A stretch of DNA of 64,000 nt from Balanoglossus misakiensis. Lineage: Eukaryota; Animalia; Hemichordata. A program made the position numbers and the translations under genes. Shown here in pieces: positions 26,896-37,899 of the stretch. The stretch covers positions 10,681,309-10,745,308 of the forward strand of contig CM082591.2 of the NCBI GenBank assembly GCA_040954595.2, written 5' to 3'. Each line of letters starts with the position of its first letter. Position 1 is the first letter of the stretch. The notes beneath the pieces were generated by a model. The model was not told the DNA's origin. It saw nothing but the letters and a program-made list of their open reading frames with translations, and did not search any database.

Positions 26896-28737
26896 ATGGA
26901 ATATTCACGCCGATGTGACGCATTAAAAACAGACTATCACCGGATTAGAATTGAAGACGCAGATAACAAGAAATTGTTTGCGATTGTTGCAGAACTGTCC
27001 GATTCGAAAAAAGCATTATCCAACTCCATTCCGAACAACGTACCAACAAAAGAAATTCCATCAGCCTTCATGAATTATTTTGAAAACAAGGTGTCGCAAC
27101 TCCGTGACAGGATTGGTCCACAACCGCACAGCTGTGAGGCTGACATAACACCGACTCATACTTTCGCGGAATTTGACCCAGTGTCACCTGGGGATATAAT
27201 TGCGTTAGTGAAACAATCACCACCGAAATCTTGTGAACTCGACATTCTACCATATGGAGTGTTGAAGAATTGCGTACACATCTTAGCACCTTTCCTTGCT
27301 GATCTTTTCAACAATTCGCTCACAGCTGGCATCGTGCCGAGTCATTTCAAGTCAGCGATAATTCGTCCATTGTTAAAGAAAGTTGATCTGGATCAGAACA
27401 TTCTGAAGAACTACAGACCGGTTTCAAACCTTCCGTTCTTGTCAAAACTCCTCGAGCGTGTAGTCGTTCAGCAACTGAACAGTCACCTCACTAAATTTAG
27501 TCTTTTCACAAAGTTTCAAAGTGCTTACCGTGCTAATCATAGCACGGAAACTGCTCTCTTGCGTGTCCACAATGACATCATGCTTGCCTTGAATAACAAA
27601 CAGGATGTAATTCTTATCATGTTAGATTTATCAGCGGCGTTTGACACTATCGATCATGAAATAATGCTACAGAGACTACATCATCGTTTTGGAATAACTG
27701 GTAACACTTTATCGTGGTTTCGTTCGTACCTCGTTAATCGCCAACAGTGCGTCAAGGTTGGATCTGCATCATCCCCAAGTTCTCGCATGAAATATGGCGT
27801 TCCACAAGGATCTGTTCTAGGACCTCTCATGTTTACACTCTACACTGCACCTCTGGAAGACATCTTCGGAAAACACGGGATTGATTGCATGATATACGCG
27901 GACGATACGCAAATTTATGCCATCTGCAACAGCCCTAACGATGTTCGCAATAACATTGAGCTCTGCGTCGATGATATCCGCAGCTGGATGAAATCTAACA
28001 TGCTTGTACTGAATGATGATAAAACTGAAGTTATTCACTTTTCATCACGTTTAAAATCTAATGTGACAACATTAGACTGTCTAAGAATCGGACAATGTGA
28101 CATAATTCCTTCAGTTTCAGTTAAAAATCTCGGCGTTATTTTAAGTCAGGATGGTAGCATGTCTGATCATATTAGTAAGCTGTGCAAAAATGGTTTCTTC
28201 TCTTTGCATAGAATAGCTAAAATTCGTAATCTTCTTGACAGATCTACAACTGAGAAACTAGTTCATGCATTTGTAACGTCTCATTTAGATTACTGTAATA
28301 GTCTTTTGTTTGGTATCCCGAAGGGACATCTAGCTCGACTTCAGTCTCTACAGAATGCTGCGGCGAGGCTAGTTACTCGTACGCGCAAGTCCGATCATAT
28401 CACACCCATACTCAAAGATTTACACTGGCTACCGGTAGAGGCCCGCATCAGTTTTAAAATTCTCTTGCTCACATTCAAATGTATCAGTGGTAAGGCACCC
28501 GCCTATTTGACTGATCTTTTACATTTATATGTACCAGCTCGAGAACTGCGCTCTAGTGTTCAATTCTTTTTAACTCATCCTCATGGTAAATTTAACAAAA
28601 CCTACGGACAGAGAGCTTTTTCAGTTTGTGCGCCCATTTTATGGAACAATTTACCCCTTGATATCAAAACCGCCAGAAGTGTCAATATTTTTAAGCGTAA
28701 TTTGAAAACATACCTTTTTACTCGGTTTTATGTGTAA
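26896..28737 (+). CDS. LINE ORF2 fragment: complete reverse transcriptase domain plus C-terminal region, endonuclease missing
   Basis: RT motifs are KSCELD, AIIRPLLKK, NYRPVSNLPFLSKLLERVV, QSAYRANHSTETALL, LDLSAAFDTIDH, GVPQGSVLGP and YADDTQ. L2-type C-terminal motifs are HAFVTSHLDYCNSLL, LQNAAARL and HITPILKDLHWLPV. There are no internal stops or frameshifts. The first ~92 aa of the tracked ORF 26617..28737 are satellite-derived. Confidence 0.93.
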   Translation: MEYSRRCDALKTDYHRIRIEDADNKKLFAIVAELSDSKKALSNSIPNNVPTKEIPSAFMNYFENKVSQLRDRIGPQPHSCEADITPTHTFAEFDPVSPGDIIALVKQSPPKSCELDILPYGVLKNCVHILAPFLADLFNNSLTAGIVPSHFKSAIIRPLLKKVDLDQNILKNYRPVSNLPFLSKLLERVVVQQLNSHLTKFSLFTKFQSAYRANHSTETALLRVHNDIMLALNNKQDVILIMLDLSAAFDTIDHEIMLQRLHHRFGITGNTLSWFRSYLVNRQQCVKVGSASSPSSRMKYGVPQGSVLGPLMFTLYTAPLEDIFGKHGIDCMIYADDTQIYAICNSPNDVRNNIELCVDDIRSWMKSNMLVLNDDKTEVIHFSSRLKSNVTTLDCLRIGQCDIIPSVSVKNLGVILSQDGSMSDHISKLCKNGFFSLHRIAKIRNLLDRSTTEKLVHAFVTSHLDYCNSLLFGIPKGHLARLQSLQNAAARLVTRTRKSDHITPILKDLHWLPVEARISFKILLLTFKCISGKAPAYLTDLLHLYVPARELRSSVQFFLTHPHGKFNKTYGQRAFSVCAPILWNNLPLDIKTARSVNIFKRNLKTYLFTRFYV

Positions 28738-28809
28738 CGTGTTCGACTGTGTCCTTTTAACTATTTTTACCAGCCTTGTATTTTTTAATCTACTCTTTTA
28801 GCTATGTAC

Positions 28810-28838
28810 AATGCGCTGAGACGTATGTGTAGCGCATT
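28810..28838 (+). other. LINE 3' UTR stem-loop (putative ORF2p recognition element)
   Basis: AATGCGCT (28810-28817) pairs perfectly with AGCGCATT (28831-28838) around the 13-nt loop GAGACGTATGTGT. It lies 12 nt before the repeat tail, as in L2-clade 3' ends. Confidence 0.85.
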
Positions 28839-28850
28839 TTAAACAATTCT

Positions 28851-28874
28851 TAATAATAATAATAATAATAATAA
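28851..28874 (+). repeat. (TAA)8 3' tail of LINE family A
   Basis: TAATAATAATAATAATAATAATAA read directly. The last AA overlaps the target-site duplication. Confidence 0.95.
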
Positions 28875-31800
28875 CAATGGAAACTTTAGAACTATCCGTC
28901 GATCTACAGTGTCTAGTGGAAAACTTTCTTATGCGCATAGACCTATCATGTGTTCTGCGCATCACAACAGAATTTTGTAAACAAACGAGGATGTGTTTGG
29001 AAGCAACCATGGAAACTTTAGAACTATCCGTCGATCGACAGAGTCTAGTGGAAAACTTTCTTATGCGCATAGACCTATCATGTGTTCTGCGCATCACAAC
29101 AGAATTTTGTAAACAAACGAGGCTGTGTTTGGAAGCAACCATGGAAACTTTAGAACTATCCGTCGATCTACAGAGTCTAGTGGAAAACTTTCTTATGCGC
29201 ATAGACCTATCATGTGTTCTGCGCATCACAACAGAATTTTGTAAACAAACGAGGCTGTGTTTGGAAGCAACCATGAAAACTTTAGAACTATCCGTCGATC
29301 GACAGAGTCTGGTGGAAAACTTTCTTATGCGCATAGACCTATCATGTGTTCTGCGCATCACAACAGAATTTTGTAAACAAACGAGGCTGTGTTTGGAAGC
29401 AACCATGGAAACTTTAGAACTATCCGTCGATGGACAGAGTCTAGTGGAAAACTTTCTTATGCGCATAGACCTATCATGTGTTCTGCGCATCACAACAGAA
29501 TTTTGTAAACAAACGAGGCTGTGTTTGGAGGCAACCATGAAACCTTTAGAACTATCCGTCGATCTACAGAGTCCAGTGGAAAACTTTCTTATCCTCATAG
29601 GCCTATCATGTGTTCTGCGCATCACAACAGAATTTTGTAAACAAACGAGGCTGTGTTTGGAAGCAACAATGGAAACTTTAGAACTATCCGTCGATCTACA
29701 GAGTCTAGTGGAAAACTTTCTTATGCGCATAGACCTATCATGTGTTCTGCGCATCACAACAGAATTTTGTAAACAAACGAGGCTGTGTTTGGAAGCAACC
29801 ATGGAAACTTTAGAACTATCCGTCGATGGACAGAGTCTAGTGGAAAACTTTCTTATGCGCATAGACCTATCATGTGTTCTGCGCACCAAAACAGAATTTT
29901 GTAAACAAACGAGGCTGTGTTTGGAGGCAACCATGGAAACTTTAGAACTATCCGTCGATCTACAGAGTCTAGTGGAAAACTTTCTTATGCGCATAGACCT
30001 ATCATGTGTTCTGCGCATCACAACAGAATTTTGTAAACAAACGAGGCTGTGTTTGGAAGCAACCATGGAAACTTTAGAACTATCCGTCGTTCTACAGAGT
30101 CTAGAGGAAAACTTTCTTATCCTCATAGGCCTATCATGTGTTCTGCGCATCACAACAGAATTTTGTAAACAAACGAGGCTGTGTTTGGAAGCAACCATGC
30201 GCATAGACCTATCATGTGTTCTGCGCATCACAACAGAATTTTGTAAACAAACGAGGCTGTGTTTGGAAGCAACAATGGAAACTTTAGAACTATCCGTCGA
30301 TCTACAGAGTCTAGTGGAAAACTTTCTTATGCGCATAGACCTATCATGTGTTCTGCGCATCACAACAGAATTTTGTAAACAAACGAGGCTGTGTTTGGAA
30401 GCAACCATGGAAACTTTAGAACTATCCGTCGATGGACAGAGTCTAGTGGAAAACTTTCTTATGCGCATAGACCTATCATGTGTTCTGCGCACCAAAACAG
30501 AATTTTGTAAACAAACGAGGCTGTGTTTGGAGGCAACCATGGAAACTTTAGAACTATCCGTCGATCTACAGAGTCTAGTGGAAAACTTTCTTATGCGCAT
30601 AGACCTATCATGTGTTCTGCGCATCACAACAGAATTTTGTAAACAAACGAGGCTGTGTTTGGAAGCAACCATGGAAACTTTAGAACTATCCGTCGTTCTA
30701 CAGAGTCTAGAGGAAAACTTTCTTATCCTCATAGGCCTATCATGTGTTCTGCGCATCACAACAGAATTTTGTAAACAAACGAGGCTGTGTTTGGAAGCAA
30801 CCATGCGCATAGACCTATCATGTGTTCTGCGCATCACAACAGAATTTTGTAAACAAACGAGGCTGTGTTTGGAAGCAACCATGGAAACTTTAGAACTATC
30901 CGTCGTTCTACAGAGTCTAGAGGAAAAGTTTCTTATCCTCATAGGCCTATCATGTGTTCTGCGCATCACAACAGAATTTTGTAAACAAACGAGGCTGTGT
31001 TTGGAAGCAACCATGCGCATAGACCTATCATGTGTTCTGCGCATCACAACAGAATTTTGTAAACAAACGAGGCTGTGTTTGGAAGCAACCATGGAAACTT
31101 TAGAACTATCCGTCGATCTACAGAGTCTACAGGAAAACTTTCTTATCCTCATAGGCCTATCATGTGTTCTGCGCATCACAACAGAATTTTGTAAACAAAC
31201 GAGGCTGTGTTTGGAAGCAACCATGGAAACTTTAGAACTATCCGTCGTTCTGCAGAGTCTACAGGAAAACTTTCTTATCCTCATAGGCCTATCATGTGTT
31301 CTGCGCATCACAACAGAATTTTGTAAACAAACGAGGCTGTGTTTGGAAGCAACCATGGAAACTTTAGAACTATCCGTCGATCTACAGAGTCTAGTGGAAA
31401 ACGTTCGTATGCGCATAGACCTATCATGTGTTCTGCGCATCACAACAGAATTTTGTAAACAAACGAGGCTGTGTTTGGAAGCAACCATGGAAACTTTAGA
31501 ACTATCCGTCGATCTACATAGTCTAGTGGAAAACTTTCTTATGCGCATAGACCTATCATGTGTTCTGCGCACCAAAACAGAATTTTGTAAACAAACGAGG
31601 CTGTGTTTGGAAGCAACCATGGAAACTTTAGAACTATCCGTCGTTCTACAGAGTCTAGAGGAAAACTTTCTTATCCTCATAGGCCTATCATGTGTTCTGC
31701 GCATCACAACAGAATTTTGTAAACAAACGAGGCTGTGTTTGGAAGCAACCATGGAAACTTTAGAACTATCCGTCGATCTACAGAGTCTAGTGGAAAACTT

Positions 31801-34800
31801 TCTTATGCGCATAGACCTATCATGTGTTCTGCGCATCACAACAGAATTTTGTAAACAAACGAGGCTGTGTTTGGAAGCAACCATGGAAACTTTAGAACTA
31901 TCCGTCGTTCTGCAGAGTCTACAGGAAAACTTTCTTATCCTCATAGGCCTATCATGTGTTCTGCGCATCACAACAGAATTTTGTAAACAAACGAGGCTGT
32001 GTTTGGAAGCAACCATGGAAACTTTAGAACTATCCGTCGTTCTGCAGAGTCTACAGGAAAACTTTCTTATCCTCATAGGCCTATCATGTGTTCTGCGCAT
32101 CACAACAGAATTTTGTAAACAAACGAGGCTGTGTTTGGAAGCAACCATGGAAATTTTAGAACTATCCGTCGATCTACAGAGTCTAGTGGAAAACTTTCTT
32201 ATGCGCATAGACCTATCATGTGTTCTGCGCATCACAACAGAATTTTGTAAACAAACGAGGCTGTGTTTGGAAGCAACCATGGAAACTTTAGAACTATCCG
32301 TCGTTCTGCAGAGTCTACAGGAAAACTTTCTTATCCTCATAGGCCTATCATGTGTTCTGCGCATCACAACAGAATTTTGTAAACAAACGAGGCTGTGTTT
32401 GGAAGCAACCATGGAAACTTTAGAACTATCCGTCGTTCTGCAGAGTCTACAGGAAAACTTTCTTATCCTCATAGGCCTATCATGTGTTCTGCGCATCACA
32501 ACAGAATTTTGTAAACAAACGAGGCTGTGTTTGGAAGCAACCATGGAAACTTTAGAACTATCCGTCGATCTACAGAGTCTAGTGGAAAACTTTCTTATGC
32601 GCATAGACCTATCATGTGTTCTGCGCATCACAACAGAATTTTGTAAACAAACGAGGCTGTGTTTGGAAGCAACCATGGAAACTTTAGAACTATCCGTCGA
32701 TCTACAGAGTCTAGTGGAAAACTTTCTAATGCGCATAGACCTATCATGAGTTCTGCGCATCACAACAGAATTTTGTAAACAAACGAGGCTGTGTTTGGAA
32801 GCAACCATGGAAACTTTAGAACTATCCGTCGATCTACAGAGTGTAGTGGAAAACTTTCTTATGCGCATAGACCTATCATGTGTTCTGCGCATCACAACAG
32901 AATTTTGTAAACAAACGAGGCTGTGTTTGGAAGCAACCATGGAAACTTTAGAACTATCCGTCGATCTACAGAGTCTAGTGGAAAACTTTCTTATGCGCAT
33001 AGACCTATCATGTGTTCTGCGCATCACAACAGAATTTTGTAAACAAACGAGGCTGTGTTTGGAAGCAACCATGGAAACTTTAGAACTATCCGTCGTTCTG
33101 CAGAGTCTACAGGAAAACTTTCTTATCCTCATAGGCCTATCATGTGTTCTGCGCATCACAACAGAATTTTGTAAACAAAGGAGGCTGTGTTTGGAAGCAA
33201 CCATGGAAACTTTAGAACTATCCGTCGATCTACATAGTCTAGTGGAAAACTTTCTTATGCGCATAGACCTATCATGTGTTCTGCGCACCAAAACAGAATT
33301 TTGTAAACAAACGAGGCTGTGTTTGGAAGTAACCATGGAAACTTTAGAACTATCCGTCGTTCTACAGAGTCTAGAGGAAAACTTTCTTATCCTCATAGGC
33401 CTATCATGTGTTCTGCGCATCACAACAGAATTTTGTAAACAAACGAGGCTGTGTTTGGAAGCAACCATGGAAACTTTAGAACTATCCGTCGATCTACAGA
33501 GTCTAGTGGAAAACTTTCTTATGCGCATAGACCTATCATGTGTTCTGCGCATCACAACAGAATTTTGTAAACAAACGAGGCTGTGTTTGGAAGCAACCAT
33601 GGAAACTTTAGAACTATCCGTCGTTCTGCAGAGTCTACAGGAAAACTTTCTTATCCTCATAGGCCTATCATGTGTTCTGCGCATCACAACAGAATTTTGT
33701 AAACAAACGAGGCTGTGTTTGGAAGCAACCATGGAAACTTTAGAACTATCCGTCGTTCTGCAGAGTCTACATGAAAACTTTCTTATCCTCATAGGCCTAT
33801 CATGTGTTCTGCGCATCACAACAGAATTTTGTAAACAAACGAGGCTGTGTTTGGAAGCAACCATGGAAACTTTAGAACTATCCGTCGTTCTGCAGAGTCT
33901 ACAGGAAAACTTTCTTATCCTCATAGGCCTATCATGTGTTCTGCGCATCACAACAGAATTTTGTAAACAAACGAGGCTGTGTTTGGAAGCAACCATGGAA
34001 ACTTTAGAACTATCCGTCGATCTACAGAGTCTAGTGGAAAACTTTCTTATGCGCATAGACCTATCATGTGTTCTGCGCATCACAACAGAATTTTGTAAAC
34101 AAACGAGGCTGTGTTTGGAAGCAACAATGGAAACTTTAGAACTATCCGTCGATCTACAGAGTCTAGTGGAAAACTTTCTTATGCGCATAGACCTATCATG
34201 AGTTCTGCGCATCACAACAGAATTTTGTAAACAAACGAGGCTGTGTTTGGAAGCAACCATGGAAACTTTAGAACTATCCGTCGATCTACAGAGTCTAGTG
34301 GAAAACTTTCTTATGCGCATAGACCTATCATGAGTTCTGCGCATCACAACAGAATTTTGTAAACAAACGAGGCTGTGTTTGGAAGCAACCATGGAAACTT
34401 TAGAACTATCCGTCGATCTACAGAGTCTAGTGGAAAACTTTCTTATGCGCATAGACCTATCATGTGTTCTGCGCATCACAACAGAATTTTGTAAACAAAC
34501 GAGGCTGTGTTTGGAAGCAACCATGGAAACTTTAGAACTATCCGTCGTTCTGCAGAGTCTACAGGAAAACTTTCTTATCCTCATAGGCCTATCATGTGTT
34601 CTGCGCATCACAACAGAATTTTGTAAACAAACGAGGCTGTGTTTGGATGCAACCATGGAAACTTTAGAACTATCCGTCGTTCTGCAGAGTCTACAGGAAA
34701 ACTTTCTTATCCTCATAGGCCTATCATGTGTTCTGCGCATCACAACAGAATTTTGTAAACAAACGAGGCTGTGTTTGGAAGCAACCATGGAAACTTTAGA

Positions 34801-37800
34801 ACTATCCGTCGATCTACAGAGTCTAGTGGAAAACTTTCTTATGCGCATAGACCTATCATGAGTTCTGCGCATCACAACAGAATTTTGTAAACAAACGAGG
34901 CTGTGTTTGGAAGCAACCATGGAAACTTTAGAACTATCCGTCGATCTACAGAGTCTAGTGGAAAACTTTCTTATGCGCATAGACCTATCATGTGTTCTGC
35001 GCATCACAACAGAATTTTGTAAACAAACGAGGCTGTGTTTGGAAGCAACCATGGAAACTTTAGAACTATCCGTCGATCTACAGAGTCTAGTGGAAAACTT
35101 TCTTATGCGCATAGACCTATCATGTGTTCTGCGCATCACAACAGAATTTTGTAAACAAACGAGGCTGTGTTTGGAAGCAACCATGGAAACTTTAGAACTA
35201 TCCGTCGTTCTGCAGAGTCTACAGGAAAACTTTCTTATCCTCATAGGCCTATCATGTGTTCTGCGCATCACAACAGAATTTTGTAAACAAACGAGGCTGT
35301 GTTTGGAAGCAACCATGGAAACTTTAGAACTATCCGTCGATCTACAGAGTCTAGTGGAAAACGTTCGTATGCGCATAGACCTATCATGTGTTCTGCGCAT
35401 CACAACAGAATTTTGTAAACAAACGAGGCTGTGTTTGGAAGCAACCATGGAAACTTTAGAACTATCCGTCGATCTACATAGTCTAGTGGAAAACTTTCTT
35501 ATGCGCATAGACCTATCATGTGTTCTGCGTACCAAAACAGAATTTTGTAAACAAACGAGGCTGTGTTTGGAAGTAACCATGGAAACTTTAGAACTATCCG
35601 TCGTTCTACAGAGTCTAGAGGAAAACTTTCTTATCCTCATAGGCCTATCATGTGTTCTGCGCATCACAACAGAATTTTGTAAACAAACGAGGCTGTGTTT
35701 GGAAGCAACCATGGAAACTTTAGAACTATCCGTCGATCTACAGAGTCTAGTGGAAAACTTTCTTATGCGCATAGACCTATCATGTGTTCTGCGCATCACA
35801 ACAGAATTTTGTAAACAAACGAGGCTGTGTTTGGAAGCAACCATGGAAACTTTAGAACTATCCGTCGATCTACAGAGTCTAGTGGAAAACTTTCTTATGC
35901 GCATAGACCTATCATGTGTTCTGCGCATCACAACAGAATTTTGTAAACAAACGAGGCTGTGTTTGGAAGCAACCATGGAAACTTTAGAACTATCCGTCGA
36001 TCTACAGAGTCTAGTGGAAAACTTTCTTATGCGCATAGACCTATCATGTGTTCTGCGCATCACAACAGAATTTTGTAAACAAACGAGGCTGTGTTTGGAA
36101 GCAACCATGGAAACTTTAGAACTATCCGTCGTTCTGCAGAGTCTACAGGAAAACTTTCTTATCCTCATAGGCCTATCATGTGTTCTGCGCATCACAACAG
36201 AATTTTGTAAACAAACGAGGCTGTGTTTGGAAGCAACCATGGAAACTTTAGAACTATCCGTCGATCTACAGAGTCTAGTGGAAAACGTTCGTATGCGCAT
36301 AGACCTATCATGTGTTCTGCGCATCACAACAGAATTTTGTAAACAAACGAGGCTGTGTTTGGAAGCAACCATGGAAACTTTAGAACTATCCGTCGATCTA
36401 CATAGTCTAGTGGAAAACATTCTTATGCGCATAGACCTATCATGTGTTCTGCGTACCAAAACAGAATTTTGTAAACAAACGAGGCTGTGTTTGGAAGTAA
36501 CCATGGAAACTTTAGAACTATCCGTCGTTCTACAGAGTCTAGAGGAAAACTTTCTTATCCTCATAGGCCTATCATGTGTTCTGCGCATCACAACAGAATT
36601 TTGTAAACAAACGAGGCTGTGTTTGGAAGCAACCATGGAAACTTTAGAACTATCCGTCGATCTACAGAGTCTAGTGGAAAACTTTCTTATGCGCATAGAC
36701 CTATCATGTGTTCTGCGCATCACAACAGAATTTTGTAAACAAACGAGGCTGTGTTTGGAAGCAACCATGGAAACTTTAGAACTATCCGTCGTTCTGCAGA
36801 GTCTACAGGAAAACTTTCTTATCCTCATAGGCCTATCATGTGTTCTGCGCATCACAACAGAATTTTGTAAACAAACGAGGCTGTGTTTGGAAGCAACCAT
36901 GGAAACTTTAGAACTATCCGTCGATCTACAGAGTCTAGTGGAAAACTTTCTTATGCGCATAGACCTATCATGTGTTCTGCGCATCACAACAGAATTTTGT
37001 AAACAAACGAGGCTGTGTTTGGAAGCAACCATGGAAACTTTAGAACTATCCGTCGATCTACAGAGTCCAGTGGAAAACTTTCTTATGCGCATAGACCTAT
37101 TATGTGTTCTGCGCATCACAACAGAATTTTGTAAACAAACGAGGCTGTGTTTGGAAGCAACCATGGAAACTTTAGAACTATCCGTCGTTCTACAGAGTCT
37201 AGAGGAAAACTTTCTTATCCTCATAGGCCTATCATGTGTTCTGCGCATCACAACAGAATTTTGTAAACAAACGAGGCTGTGTTTGGAAGCAACCATGCGC
37301 ATAGACCTATCATGTGTTCTGCGCATCACAACAGAATTTTGTAAACAAACGAGGCTGTGTTTGGAAGCAACCATGGAAACTTTAGAACTATCCGTCGTTC
37401 TGCAGAGTCTACAGGAAAACTTTCTTATCCTCATAGGCCTATCATGTGTTCTGCGCATCACAACAGAATTTTGTAAACAAACGAGGCTGTGTTTGGAAGC
37501 AACCATGGAAACTTTAGAACTATCCGTCGATCTACAGAGTCTACAGGAAAACTTTCTTATCCTCATAGGCCTATCATGTGTTCTGCGCATCACAACAGAA
37601 TTTTGTAAACAAACGAGGCTGTGTTTGGAAGCAACCATGGAAACTTTAGAACTATCCGTCGATCTACAGAGTCTAGTGGAAAACTTTCTTATGCGCATAG
37701 ACCTATCATGTGTTCTGCGCATCACAACAGAATTTTGTAAACAAACGAGGCTGTGTTTGGAAGCAACCATGGAAACTTTAGAACTATCCGTCGATCTACA

Positions 37801-37899
37801 GAGTCCAGTGGAAAACTTTCTTATGCGCATAGACCTATTATGTGTTCTGCGCATCACAACAGAATTTTGTAAACAAACGAGGCTGTGTTTGGAAGCAAC

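Larger units (their letters stand above)
26894..28872 (+). mobile_element. 5'-truncated non-LTR retrotransposon, L2/CR1 group (family A), about 1.98 kb
   Basis: The segment has an RT ORF, a short 3' UTR with a stem-loop and a (TAA)8 tail at 28851-28874. The target-site duplication is AACAA (26889-26893 / 28873-28877; at minimum CAA). No ORF1 or APE endonuclease is present, which is typical of 5' truncation. Confidence 0.95.

Noticed and set aside
27068-28038. Short antisense ORFs (27068-27289, 27817-28038; also 57898-58083 and the + strand 58133-58378)
   Set aside because: Shadow ORFs overlapping the RT frame with no recognisable motifs.
28851-28874. Independent microsatellite or telomeric repeat
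   Set aside because: Its position directly after the 3' UTR hairpin and before the TSD identifies it as the LINE tail.
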